A stretch of 64,000 nt of DNA from Candidatus Latescibacterota bacterium (GCA_965204725.1 OZ242005.1:384001-448000), one strand, 5' to 3'. Positions 9,891-19,789 are shown, numbered from the stretch's first letter. Notes: generated by a model from the letters alone, not told the origin. Made by a program: numbers and translations.

Positions 9891-10746
9891 GATCTAGGTC
9901 CCTCCGGTTAAGATGATCTGGGTAATAGTGTTTACGCTTGATCCACTTAAACCCTTCATGCTTTGTAACCGTTGCAATATCCGTCTCACCGCCCACAACA
10001 TTTGCGCCGGGCAGAAAGGCAAAGTATCGCTTCGTCACATCCACGAGAAAATCTGCAAGATTTATCGCATCCTGTACAGGCATGGTTGAATCCACTAGGG
10101 GCGTCTGACATTGCTGTTTGATACGCGAAATAGCTTGCAAAGAACTTTTTTGAGACAATCCAAGTTCATCGAACACCTCACCGAACACCGACAATGCTTC
10201 GCTGTCAAAGCCATGTATCAATCTACTGATTGCCTTATTCTGTCCGCCCCACACTATCATGGCGTCATCGTCTGCTTTAACGAGTTCCTGTACCATAGCC
10301 TCACCATCTTGGATAGATATCTTCCATATTTTGCCACGAGTACCGAATCCACCAACCGAACCGTATCCACCAATCCAAAACTCAAACGTATGCGGACTGG
10401 ATGGTTTTGCGGCTATTGCGTCGTATTTTTTCTTAAAAAAGTCTAGTGCATAGCCAACAACTTTTTCAACACTATAATTGTCTGTATCCAACGTACCATT
10501 GTCTTTCGATAGTTCAACACGTAAATCCTTCGTTAAATCGCTGATGGATGCAGGACCAAAATGCCCCATTCCTGCCGTCATAGCCACAATCGGTAATTTT
10601 CTATGGAGATTGAAAACCTTTATCCCATGATCCCAAATGTTTGTAACTGTGGACTGATCATTTTCGGAAAATGAGACAAGTGTAGAGGCACTATCCGCTG
10701 CAAAAACAATGCAGTCATGGACCTTAATCGCAACACAAACAGTCAT
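9883..10746 (-). CDS. Ntn-hydrolase / proteasome-beta-like protein
   Basis: Thr at position 2, MTVCVAIKVHDCIVFAADS, KVF, MTAG, VGG-x-DIATVT. Low-GC segment. Confidence 0.7.
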   Translation of the reverse strand: MTVCVAIKVHDCIVFAADSASTLVSFSENDQSTVTNIWDHGIKVFNLHRKLPIVAMTAGMGHFGPASISDLTKDLRVELSKDNGTLDTDNYSVEKVVGYALDFFKKKYDAIAAKPSSPHTFEFWIGGYGSVGGFGTRGKIWKISIQDGEAMVQELVKADDDAMIVWGGQNKAISRLIHGFDSEALSVFGEVFDELGLSQKSSLQAISRIKQQCQTPLVDSTMPVQDAINLADFLVDVTKRYFAFLPGANVVGGETDIATVTKHEGFKWIKRKHYYPDHLNRRDLDHA

Positions 10747-11024
10747 GGCTTGGTCGGCTTTTTCAAAGGATGGTCTCCTTCACTGATAGAGTAAACGCCC
10801 AACACCCAAGGGCGATTTCCGTGCAGGACAGTAAGGACAAAACATCGCCAGCCCCCCCTCGGAAGCCGGTACTCACTAACTCCTCAATAAATACAAAACC
10901 ATGGGACTTTTCAATCTGAAAATAGGAAATTCTACCCGAAAATTGAAAAACTATCCAAAACAACGCTTAGACAACTATAATAATTCCCTTTTTTTTCGCT
11001 GGCAGAAGGAAGCCGCTGTCCAAA

Positions 11025-11066
11025 GTGTATCACCAGCGGACAGTAGGTGTATCACCAGCGGACAGT
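11025..11066 (+). promoter_or_regulatory. Tandem 20-bp direct repeat, putative enhancer (bEBP binding sites)
   Basis: GTGTATCACCAGCGGACAGT at 11025-11044 and 11047-11066, about 65-105 bp upstream of a sigma-54 site. Confidence 0.65.
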
Positions 11067-11130
11067 CTCGACGAGCCTTTCCTGGGGGCGATTCGGCTCA
11101 TCTCCTTGTTTTCTATGATGTTAAGTATTC

Positions 11131-11146
11131 TGGCACACATATTGCT
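11131..11146 (+). promoter_or_regulatory. Sigma-54 (-24/-12) promoter
   Basis: TGGCAC-ACATA-TTGCT with exact GG-N10-GC spacing, upstream of the efflux adaptor gene. Confidence 0.85.
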
Positions 11147-11189
11147 TTGTTTTTTGGCAAAACCACGACCAAGTGAGGACGAAAGAGAC

Positions 11190-12524
11190 ATGCCCGCAAA
11201 TGTTCAACCTTTTCCCCAAGCAGAAGCCGAGACCTCCACCCGTCTCGGCGGCGGGGCTGGCATGGACCGCAAGATCGAAAAGCCGCGGTTCTCGCCCAAG
11301 CGCATCGCCCTAGGCGTGGGTGTTTTACTGTTTGTCGGGCTGTGCGGATACGCCCTGCTCGCGGATTTCGGGGTGCGTAAACTACACGTGAAGCGCGACC
11401 GGCTGACTATTTCCACGGTCGAGTTCGGCCCGTTTCAGGAGTACATCCCGGTGCGCGGCACGGTCCTGCCGCTGCGCACGGTGTACCTCGACGCCCTAGA
11501 GCGCGGGCAAGTGGAGCAGGTGTTCGTCGAAGAAGGGGCATCCGTGGCCGCGGGCGATCCACTGCTGCGCTTGGCCAACCCCGATCTGGAACTCAATGTC
11601 CTGCAACAGGAGGCCGAGCTGGAGCGCAGCCGGGAGGAGTTGCGCAATGGCCGGCTGACCATGGAGCAAGACCTGCTGCGCTCGCGCAAGGCATTGCTGG
11701 AGATCGAGTACCAGCTCGCGATCAACAAGCGCAACTTCGAGCGCTACGAGAACCTGTCGGCCGAAGATTTGACGGCCATCCTATCGCGGCAGGAGTACGA
11801 GCGGCTGCGCGACGAGTACCAGTACAGCGTCCGCCGCATGGCCCTGACCCAACAGACCCAGACCCAAGACTCGCTGCTGGCGGCGAGCAAGGTGGTGCAG
11901 CTCGTCTCGGCGGTCGAGCGCATGGAGCGCAACCTGCAAATCGTCCGCGGCCGGCTCGACAACCTGACGGTGCGGGCCCCGGTGTCCGGGCAGCTAACCA
12001 CGCTCGAAGCGGAAGTCGGCGAGAGCAAGGGGACGGGGGTGCGCTTGGGCCAGATCGACCGGATCGACGGCTTTAAGGTGCGCGCCGTCATCGACGAGCA
12101 CTACATCGACCGCGTGGGGCAGGGGCAGCGCGGTCAGTTCGACAGCGGCGACGCGCCCTACAGCCTAGCAATCCGCAAAATTTACCCCGAGGTCAAGGAG
12201 GGCCAGTTTGAGGTGGACCTAGAGTTCGAGCGCGAAGCCCCGGCCGGCATCCGGCGCGGCCAGACGCTGCACATCCGCTTGGAATTGGGCGATCTGGAGG
12301 AAACCGTGCAAGTGGCGCGGGGCGGGTTTTACCAAGCGACCGGCGGTCACTGGGCCTATGTCCTCGACGCGGCGGGCGAGCGGGCCACGCGGCGTTCCAT
12401 CGCGCTGGGCCGCCAGAATCCCCGCTTGTACGAAGTGCTGGAGGGACTGGAGCCGGGGGAGCAGGTCATTACCTCTAGCTACGAGACCTTTGGCAAGAAC
12501 ATGGACGTGCTGGTATTGCGCTAA
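11190..12524 (+). CDS. Efflux periplasmic adaptor (HlyD/MacA family)
   Basis: N-terminal TM segment, biotinyl-lipoyl-like VEEGASVAAGDPL, coiled coil, VRAPVSGQL, EVLEGLEPGEQVI. Start at 11190 (or 11262), downstream of the promoter. Confidence 0.9.
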   Translation: MPANVQPFPQAEAETSTRLGGGAGMDRKIEKPRFSPKRIALGVGVLLFVGLCGYALLADFGVRKLHVKRDRLTISTVEFGPFQEYIPVRGTVLPLRTVYLDALERGQVEQVFVEEGASVAAGDPLLRLANPDLELNVLQQEAELERSREELRNGRLTMEQDLLRSRKALLEIEYQLAINKRNFERYENLSAEDLTAILSRQEYERLRDEYQYSVRRMALTQQTQTQDSLLAASKVVQLVSAVERMERNLQIVRGRLDNLTVRAPVSGQLTTLEAEVGESKGTGVRLGQIDRIDGFKVRAVIDEHYIDRVGQGQRGQFDSGDAPYSLAIRKIYPEVKEGQFEVDLEFEREAPAGIRRGQTLHIRLELGDLEETVQVARGGFYQATGGHWAYVLDAAGERATRRSIALGRQNPRLYEVLEGLEPGEQVITSSYETFGKNMDVLVLR

Positions 12525-12566
12525 CGCGCCAAGACCGGCCACCCTAACCACAAAAGGAGCGAAACC

Positions 12567-13307
12567 ATGACTGAGCACATCTCGAACCCCGAAAACGGCC
12601 ACGCAACCCTGATCCGCACGGTTGGGCTGCGCAAGCTGTACGCGACCGAGGAGGTGGAGACGACTGCCTTGGACAACATCAACCTCGAAATCACCGAAGG
12701 CGAATTTGCCGCCATCATGGGGCCATCGGGCTGCGGCAAATCCACGCTGCTCAACCTGCTGGGCCTGCTCGACAGCCCGACGGCGGGGGAATACTACTTG
12801 CTCGGCGAGGAGGTCGCCACCTATTCGGAGCGCGCACGGGCGAACCTCCGCAAGGGGACGATTGGCTTTGTCTTTCAGTCGTTCAACCTGATCAACGAAC
12901 TGACGGTGTACGAGAACGTTGAGCTGCCCCTGCTCTACATCGGCGTTCCGACCAAAGAGCGCAAGCAGCGGGTGCAGTCCATCCTCGACTACATGCAGAT
13001 CGCCCACCGCGAGAAGCACTTTCCGCTCCAGCTTTCCGGCGGCCAGCAGCAGCGCGTGGCCGTGGCGCGGGCCTTGGTCTCAAAACCCAAGATGGTGTTG
13101 GCCGACGAGCCGACCGGCAACCTCGACTCGCGCCACGGCGACGAGGTCATGAAGATGCTCACCGATATGAACCGCCACGGCACGACGGTGGTAATGGTGA
13201 CCCACTCGCCAGCCTACGCCGACTTCGCACACCGAATCATTCACCTGTTCGACGGCAAAATAGTGACCGAGAACATCGCCAAAAGACAAGTGAGGCGGAG
13301 CGAGTAG
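12567..13307 (+). CDS. ABC transporter ATP-binding protein (MacB/LolD family)
   Basis: GPSGCGKST, LSGGQQQRVAVARAL, LADEPTGNLD, MVTH. Confidence 0.95.
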   Translation: MTEHISNPENGHATLIRTVGLRKLYATEEVETTALDNINLEITEGEFAAIMGPSGCGKSTLLNLLGLLDSPTAGEYYLLGEEVATYSERARANLRKGTIGFVFQSFNLINELTVYENVELPLLYIGVPTKERKQRVQSILDYMQIAHREKHFPLQLSGGQQQRVAVARALVSKPKMVLADEPTGNLDSRHGDEVMKMLTDMNRHGTTVVMVTHSPAYADFAHRIIHLFDGKIVTENIAKRQVRRSE

Positions 13308-13308
13308 G

Positions 13309-13385
13309 CCGCCTTTTCTGGTGTTGCCGCTGCATCCGGGATCGAGGGCGTCCCGCCCTCGACGAGGGCAAGATGCCCTCGATCC
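13309..13385. repeat. REP-like element, family B
   Basis: GGGATCGAGGGCGTCCCGCCCTCGACGAGGGCAAGATGCCCTCGATCC (double hairpin). Also at 47093-47140 and 57430-57477; the CCGCCTTTTCTGGTGTTGCCG flank is shared with 57401. Confidence 0.85.
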
Positions 13386-13540
13386 TTGGAAGGCTGGGGA
13401 TCGGTGTCGTATCGTAAGTAGCTGCTTAAAAAAAGCGGCTGGTCCTTTTTAATTTTGCCTTCTCTGGCCGTCTTTACTTGTAGAAGGGTTGATTTGCGTC
13501 ATCGGCCTCACTTGAACACCTAATTTGAAATTTGAACATC

Positions 13541-15391
13541 ATGGACGACTTCTATTCCCAAAACTTCGTCGAGCGCTGTCTAGCAGGGAACGCGCAAGCC
13601 TTTGAGCCGCTCGTCCGGCACTACCAGAACGCGGCCTTTGCCACAGCGCTGGGCTATGTGCGCTCTCGGGTCGATGCCCAAGACATCGTGCAGGACGCCT
13701 TTGTCGCGGCGTATTGCCGCTTGGGGCAACTGCGCGACCGGGAGCACTTCGGGCGATGGTTGATGCGCATCGTAGCCAATCGCTGCAAGGACTGGTTGCG
13801 CGACCGCCATCGAACCCAGCCGTTGGATTCAGCCGAGACGGCGCTGGAGAATGCGGCGGTGGTCGAATACGCCGACCAAATGCAACGGCTGGATTTGCAG
13901 GAGGCCGTTGACCAGTTGCCCGAACACTACCGCTCGGCCGTGCTGATGTACTATCTGAGTGGTCTCTCCTATCGAGAAATCGCCGAGTTGATGGAAGTCC
14001 CCCTGAGTACGGTGTGCGGCCGCTTGCAACAAGGGCGCATCCGGCTGCGCCAGCTATTGAACGAACCCGACCACAAGGAGATTGCCATGAAACCAATTGA
14101 CGTGACCAAACCGGTCCAAGAGGTGGTGTGCCAAATCGCCACCCGGCAGGTGCGGGAGACCATTCCGCTGGAGGACACCGATCACCTCGTCTTCTACTGC
14201 GCCCTCGACGTGGATCTCGAAATCCGCCCAGCCGAGGGCGAGGACGCGGTGCTCGAAGGGACGCTCAGCGCAATCGGGTTGACGCTGGAAAAGGCCCGCG
14301 AGAGCGTCGAAGGAATCGAGATCGGGGCGGACCAAGTAGATAACTTCCTCGCGAGCGGGCCGCATGAGGGCGAGGTGTTTGTGGCAACCCGACAGCAGAA
14401 CGACCAACTCGAAGCCGAGTCGAGGGGCAGCGGACAGCGGTGGAAAGACGCTGTGGAGAGCGGCTCTTATCCGTGGGGTGTGGAATGCGGCGTTAAGATG
14501 ACGGATGTATTTCCCCAGATGCAGACCTACGCCGGCAATCTGCCGGCTGCTATGCACCCGAGGTTGGGGCGAGCCACGCGGATAACGGTCTATCGCAAAA
14601 AGCTCGAAGACATAATCCTGCCATCCTCGGCTCTCACAGCGGAAGTCCAAGAAGTCTTTCGCCCCAACAGGTCGTCGAAAAGGGTCCACGGACCGATAGG
14701 CTCCGCCAGCTTGGTGTTGCTGGTGCCCAAGGGCAAGCGCGTGACCATTATCCGCGGACAGGTCCGCGCCTACGGCTTGCAGGGTTCCATCGGTTTTATC
14801 GCCTCGACCTGCGAGGAGGTGGCCGATATCGAGGGCGATGTGGAACTCTTCGACAGCGCACTGGAGACCGCGCGCAACATCCGCGGCAAACTCTACCAGC
14901 GTTACTACCGAGCCTTTGACGCCAACAGAGCGGACAGCGAGGCGCGCGGCCGGCGACCGGCCGACGAAAATTGTCGTCTGGAGGACATTCGCGGCGGCGT
15001 GGATATCGACGTGGGCGGTGTGCAGATCGAGGCCACCCAGCTAGGGGGCCAAGTGCGGATCTACAACCGATTTGGCCAAACGCAGTTGCACCAAGACCAA
15101 CTCGCCGCAGACAGCCGCATCGAACTGGAATCGTGCGGCGGCGATATCCGCCTCTCGCTCAAAGAGACCCTGCTGGACGAGGCGTACCTGACGGCGTTCA
15201 CGCTATGCGGTCGCATCCAGTATCCGGCCTTGGAGGACGGGGATGAAGACATGGGTCTCTCCACGTCCAACAACACCGCCATGGCGGTGCTGTCGAGAAC
15301 ACCGCGGCGCGGCCCGGAGATACTAGCGGCCGATTTTATGCTCAAAAGCGAGGCGGGCGCGATTGTTATCGAGAAGACGAAGGCTGCGTGA
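13541..15391 (+). CDS. ECF sigma-70 factor with a ~430-aa C-terminal extension (DUF4097-like beta repeats)
   Basis: Sigma2 AQDIVQDAF...WLMRIVANRCKD and sigma4 LPEHYRSAVLMYYLSGLSYREIAELMEVPLSTV. Confidence 0.85.
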   Translation: MDDFYSQNFVERCLAGNAQAFEPLVRHYQNAAFATALGYVRSRVDAQDIVQDAFVAAYCRLGQLRDREHFGRWLMRIVANRCKDWLRDRHRTQPLDSAETALENAAVVEYADQMQRLDLQEAVDQLPEHYRSAVLMYYLSGLSYREIAELMEVPLSTVCGRLQQGRIRLRQLLNEPDHKEIAMKPIDVTKPVQEVVCQIATRQVRETIPLEDTDHLVFYCALDVDLEIRPAEGEDAVLEGTLSAIGLTLEKARESVEGIEIGADQVDNFLASGPHEGEVFVATRQQNDQLEAESRGSGQRWKDAVESGSYPWGVECGVKMTDVFPQMQTYAGNLPAAMHPRLGRATRITVYRKKLEDIILPSSALTAEVQEVFRPNRSSKRVHGPIGSASLVLLVPKGKRVTIIRGQVRAYGLQGSIGFIASTCEEVADIEGDVELFDSALETARNIRGKLYQRYYRAFDANRADSEARGRRPADENCRLEDIRGGVDIDVGGVQIEATQLGGQVRIYNRFGQTQLHQDQLAADSRIELESCGGDIRLSLKETLLDEAYLTAFTLCGRIQYPALEDGDEDMGLSTSNNTAMAVLSRTPRRGPEILAADFMLKSEAGAIVIEKTKAA

Positions 15392-15444
15392 CGCAGCCGT
15401 TGGATTCAAATGAGTAGGCACGTTCAAACGCAAGGAGATCCAAG

Positions 15445-17880
15445 ATGCTTCGCAGCTACGTCGTAGTCGCACTTCGCAACCTGCTGCGCGACAAAGTGGG
15501 GACCGGCATCAACATCGTGGGCTTGTCCGTCGCCATTGCCGTCAGCACCATCCTCGGTCTCGGCGTACACGGTGCTCTGACCGCGGATTGGAACCTCCGC
15601 GACGACGACCGCCTCTTCCGCGTGGTGACGCACGAGATTAGCGCTTCGGGGCACGTCCAGCACCCGGCGTACCAGCGCGAGGAGCTCGCCGCGGCCCTCG
15701 CGGCTGCCTTTCCCGAAATCGCCCACACCACGCGCGTCATCAAAACAAACATCCTAATGACGGTCGGCGAGCGTCATCTCGAACACGCAGTGGTCGAGGT
15801 CGATCCCCCGTTTCTGCAAATGTTCCACTACCCACTCGCGGCCGGCAATCCCACCACGGCGCTGGCGGGCCTCGATCAGGTCGTCATTTCCAAGCGACTG
15901 GCTGAGCGGATGTTCGGTGCTGAATTCAAAGCCTACCCGGCGCTCATTGGCCGGCAGATCGTCTTGCACGGCAACGAAGGCCCCGAGACCTACGCGATCT
16001 CCGGCGTCTTCGCCGATATGCCAAAAAAGCGGAGCTTGGACTTTGATGCGGCGATTCGCTTTGAAAACCGCACCAAGTATGGCATGGCCAGTTACTGGGG
16101 GGCTACAGCTTCTACGTACATCGCGCTTCAGCCCCTAGCCGAGCGGGAGGCACTCGAAGCCAAGCTCCCGGCGTTCTCCCGCACGTTCATCGCCCCGGTC
16201 TGGGAACGCTACAAGGGCATTCGCTGGCAGGACGATCCAAACGCCTTCCAACTCAAACTCCAAGACGCGCGGACGATTTACCTCAACCCGCAAAACCAAG
16301 CCTATTACAGCTATGAAAACTCCGTGGACCTCGAATCGATTCTCGCCCTCGTCGCCCTGATTGGCGTCATCCTGACCGTCGCCTGCCTCAACGTTACCAC
16401 CCTCGCCCTAGCGAGTTCCATCGGCCGGAGCGCGGAAGTAGGCATCCGCAAAGCACTCGGCGCGAGCAAGCCACAAATCGCCTTGCAATTTTTGGGAGAG
16501 CGGGTCCTGCTGGCCTTCTTCGCCCTAATCGCCGGACTGTTCCTAGTGCCGTTAGGGCTGCCCGCCTTCAATGCCCACTACGGAATTGACCACTGGTCCG
16601 GGCTGTCGCTCGGCGATTTGGGGCTGCCAATCATCGTCGGCGGAGGCGGCTTGTTGGCGTTGCTGGTCGGCATCGCGGCGGGCAGCTATCCGGCCCTAAT
16701 CGTGGCGCGCATGCAGCCCGCGTCTGTCGTCGGCAAGGTCGGGCCGCGGCGAAAAAATAGGATGACGAGCGTGCTCCTGACCTTGCAGTACGGCATGGCG
16801 GTCTTCCTGATCTTCTGCACCATCGCGATTCGTCAGCAGTTGGCTTACGTCCAGTCGCGCGACCTCGGCTACGCGGTTGATCAAGTAGTAGTCGTCAAGC
16901 TCCGCGGGGCGGACCCGACTCGCCTTGGCAAACGCTTTAAGGAGGCCGCCCTTTCCCAGCCGGGTGTGGCTAGTGTGGCCTTGGTCGATCGCGAGTTTTC
17001 CCTCGGTGTCAGCACCAATTACATCAAACGACCGGACGGGGAGCGCGTGAGCGTGTATGTGTATGCCGTTGATCCCGACTTTTTCACCACTTTGGGCATT
17101 GACCTCGCATCCGGCCGCTCCTTTGCGGCTGGCCGGCTGGCCGACCGGACGGAAAGCGTCGTCGTCAACCAACGCCTCTCAGAGGTCTTTGGCTGGGGGG
17201 AAAACGCCGTTGGAGAATTCCTACCGGAGTACGGGGCCTACGGCGTGAGCAAAACGCCGGCCGTCATCGGCGTCACCCCGGACTTCCACTTCCGCTCGCT
17301 TAGGGAGCCGATCAAGCCCGCCGTGTTCCACTATGGGCCGGAAGCGTCCTTTGAGCGGGCACTGGTGCGGCTGCACGGGGGGAACGACGCCCTCGCCGGC
17401 TTGGAGCAGTTCTGGGCAAAGGTGGCACCCGAACAACCTTTTGAGTACGAGTTCCTCGACCGGGCTTTTGCTCGTCAGTACGAGAACGATAAGGAGATTG
17501 GCCGCACCGTTACGCTGGCGTCCGTCGTCGCCGTTCTCATCGCCTGCATGGGTTTGTTTGGCCACGCGACCATCGTCTTGCAGCGGCGCACCAAAGAGAT
17601 CGGCGTCCGCAAAGTGCTCGGCGCGACGGTAGCCGAGATCCTCGCTTGCTTGTCGCACGACCTAGCGAAAATGGTGGCCTTGGCCTGCCTGCTGGCGTTT
17701 CCGCTGGCTCACTTCGCGGTAGGCCAATGGCTGTCGCAATACGCCTATCAGTTCGGATTGGGCCTGACGACCTACCTCCTCTGCGGGACGCTCGCTTTTG
17801 CGATTGCACTAATCGCGGTGGCGTACACAGGCATCCGCGCCGCCCGCGAAAATCCCGTCAATGCCCTGCGCAGCGAGTAG
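15445..17880 (+). CDS. ABC transporter permease (MacB-PCD/FtsX duplicated type)
   Basis: ALRNLLRDK, two FtsX domains (RSAEVGIRKALGAS; RTKEIGVRKVLGAT), ends NPVNALRSE. Confidence 0.93.
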   Translation: MLRSYVVVALRNLLRDKVGTGINIVGLSVAIAVSTILGLGVHGALTADWNLRDDDRLFRVVTHEISASGHVQHPAYQREELAAALAAAFPEIAHTTRVIKTNILMTVGERHLEHAVVEVDPPFLQMFHYPLAAGNPTTALAGLDQVVISKRLAERMFGAEFKAYPALIGRQIVLHGNEGPETYAISGVFADMPKKRSLDFDAAIRFENRTKYGMASYWGATASTYIALQPLAEREALEAKLPAFSRTFIAPVWERYKGIRWQDDPNAFQLKLQDARTIYLNPQNQAYYSYENSVDLESILALVALIGVILTVACLNVTTLALASSIGRSAEVGIRKALGASKPQIALQFLGERVLLAFFALIAGLFLVPLGLPAFNAHYGIDHWSGLSLGDLGLPIIVGGGGLLALLVGIAAGSYPALIVARMQPASVVGKVGPRRKNRMTSVLLTLQYGMAVFLIFCTIAIRQQLAYVQSRDLGYAVDQVVVVKLRGADPTRLGKRFKEAALSQPGVASVALVDREFSLGVSTNYIKRPDGERVSVYVYAVDPDFFTTLGIDLASGRSFAAGRLADRTESVVVNQRLSEVFGWGENAVGEFLPEYGAYGVSKTPAVIGVTPDFHFRSLREPIKPAVFHYGPEASFERALVRLHGGNDALAGLEQFWAKVAPEQPFEYEFLDRAFARQYENDKEIGRTVTLASVVAVLIACMGLFGHATIVLQRRTKEIGVRKVLGATVAEILACLSHDLAKMVALACLLAFPLAHFAVGQWLSQYAYQFGLGLTTYLLCGTLAFAIALIAVAYTGIRAARENPVNALRSE

Positions 17881-17956
17881 CTAGGTCGCGACTGGCTCAC
17901 TGCTCTCAACGAGAGCACGACGATCGTATACCGGACATTTATTAATTTGTATATAA

Positions 17957-17985
17957 TTGATTCATTGTCCGATTTCGGATATATT
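17957..17985 (+). promoter_or_regulatory. Sigma-70-type promoter with a palindromic operator in the spacer
   Basis: TTGATT-N17-TATATT; imperfect palindrome TGTCCG-ATTT-CGGATA at 17966-17981. Confidence 0.55.
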
Positions 17986-18011
17986 CTTTGGCGGAAAGCG
18001 AGGAGCCATCT

Positions 18012-18290
18012 TTGGGAAAGTTGGAATGCTTTCAATTGGCAGGCTTGGAATTATGGTTCAATTCCTCAGATCACGAACCACCTCATTTTCACGCTCGCAA
18101 ACCGGACAAATGGGAAATACGCGTCTTTTTTGGTGTATGTAAACGCGGAAATCTAGTTTTTAATGTGAAGTTTCCCCCTTCGCGCTCAGGGCCTTCGGGC
18201 AAAGAGCGGCGGGAACTGTTAAGTCTGGTGCTTCAGCATAGAGACGCACTTTATGCTGAGTGGGAAGCCAAGGTGGATATATGGAGCTAA
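18012..18290 (+). CDS. DUF4160-like protein (putative TA component)
   Basis: FNSSDHEPPHFH motif and C-terminal L..EW; SD AGGAG before TTG 18012. Confidence 0.75.
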   Translation: MGKLECFQLAGLELWFNSSDHEPPHFHARKPDKWEIRVFFGVCKRGNLVFNVKFPPSRSGPSGKERRELLSLVLQHRDALYAEWEAKVDIWS

Positions 18291-18293
18291 GAA

Positions 18294-19106
18294 ATGTCAA
18301 AGACTGCTGAGATGACCGTCTGGGCTCAAGACCCATTTAGCTATGACATCATTCCGCCTTCTTTCACCGTTTTTCGGAAACCCGATGTGAGCAAGGTAAA
18401 AGCTCGGGATATTTTCGTATTAACTTCTGTTGCCGACCTTCCTGCTGTAAGTGAATTTGTCCGTGCTGCCAATCATCGAAACCATCTTCGAACCCTTTTC
18501 GTCCGCGAAGACGCCAACGCTCAGTTTTTGCCGCAAATGCTTTATGAGGCAAAACTCAGGAGCAGCCGACACATTCTCGTGCATTCGACTAAGGAGGTGC
18601 CCAAGCGCGTCCTAACGGCCTGGAGTCTTGGGTGTCCCGAGCAACTCGTTGCCGCGGCACAGGTCGTAGATGATGAACTCTTTGTCATGGCCTGTGATCA
18701 TACCTTGTTCAGAGTAGGTTTTGCAGAAATGCCCGCACTCAGGCGCATTCCGCCCCAACAGCGTTCTTCATTTACCATCTCCAGCGAAGGCAGTTACATG
18801 CACTGGCCTAAGATTGATGTACATATTGACTTAGAGGCTGTTCGCTGCCTAAAAGATGACACGTGGCGAGAGAAAAAGGATCGGGAAAAACTGATGTACG
18901 ACCTCCGATTCGGAGAGGCCGTTGCCGCATTGCGCAAGCAGTGCGGAATTAAGCAAGCCGAGATACGAGGGCTTTCTGAACGCCATCTGCGAAGAATCGA
19001 AAAGGGGGAACGGACCAAGGTTGATACGCTAGCGGCTTTGGCAAGAAGCCACGGATTGTCCCTTAAAGAGTATCTCGACAAAATTGCCAACATCCTCTCC
19101 CCCTAA
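18294..19106 (+). CDS. DUF2442-like domain plus XRE HTH protein (putative antitoxin/regulator)
   Basis: ISSEGSYMHWPKIDVHID (DUF2442-like) and LRKQCGIKQAEIRGLSERHLRRIEKG (HTH). Confidence 0.75.
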   Translation: MSKTAEMTVWAQDPFSYDIIPPSFTVFRKPDVSKVKARDIFVLTSVADLPAVSEFVRAANHRNHLRTLFVREDANAQFLPQMLYEAKLRSSRHILVHSTKEVPKRVLTAWSLGCPEQLVAAAQVVDDELFVMACDHTLFRVGFAEMPALRRIPPQQRSSFTISSEGSYMHWPKIDVHIDLEAVRCLKDDTWREKKDREKLMYDLRFGEAVAALRKQCGIKQAEIRGLSERHLRRIEKGERTKVDTLAALARSHGLSLKEYLDKIANILSP

Positions 19107-19127
19107 GACCTTTCCAGCCGCGTCCGT

Positions 19128-19637
19128 TCACTTTTTCCGCTCCTTGTAGCGGCGGCCCCGATCTTCAGCGCGGCGCTCGCGCACCCATTCCATCACCGGG
19201 ACGCCGTAGCCGCAACTCGTGCCGGTCAACTCGACCTCGACTTCGATTACTTGGCGTTTGGTCCGCAAGTGTTCGGACTCTGCTTGCAGCAGCAATGCGG
19301 CGTGGGGCGATTCTTCGAGCGGCGTGGCCGTGGCGTGGCCGTAAAGGCGGACGATGCCGGCGTCCGCTCCGGCAAAAGAGCAGACCATGACGGTAATCGG
19401 GCCGCCATCTTGTGCGTGCCGCGCTGTTTCGTTGCCGCTGCCCAAGTAGTCGAGAAAGGCCACTCGGTTGGGATCAATCACGTGCAACGGCACACCGCCC
19501 TTGGGCGATAGATTGACCGGACCAATGCCGGCGGGACCGGCTGCGAGCGCAGGGTCGGCCGAAGCGACGAAAAACAACGGCGCGTTGCGGATCAGTGCCG
19601 CTTGATCGTCAGTGATGATGGGATAGTAGGTCGCCAT
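19128..19637 (-). CDS. Pyridoxamine 5'-phosphate oxidase-like FMN-binding protein
   Basis: FFVASA, VNLSPKG, LDYLGSGNET, IVRLYG, SCGYGVP. Confidence 0.85.
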   Translation of the reverse strand: MATYYPIITDDQAALIRNAPLFFVASADPALAAGPAGIGPVNLSPKGGVPLHVIDPNRVAFLDYLGSGNETARHAQDGGPITVMVCSFAGADAGIVRLYGHATATPLEESPHAALLLQAESEHLRTKRQVIEVEVELTGTSCGYGVPVMEWVRERRAEDRGRRYKERKK

Positions 19638-19789
19638 ACGGTTTGTGTCCTTTTATAGGAACTATGTACTTGACTAAACAATCTTAAAATAGGGCCTACC
19701 GGTCGTATCAGCATTCCAATTGGACTTTATTCTTGACGCCTAATACATTTTCCACTAACCAAAGGAGAAACTCTCACAAGGAGAAAAAC

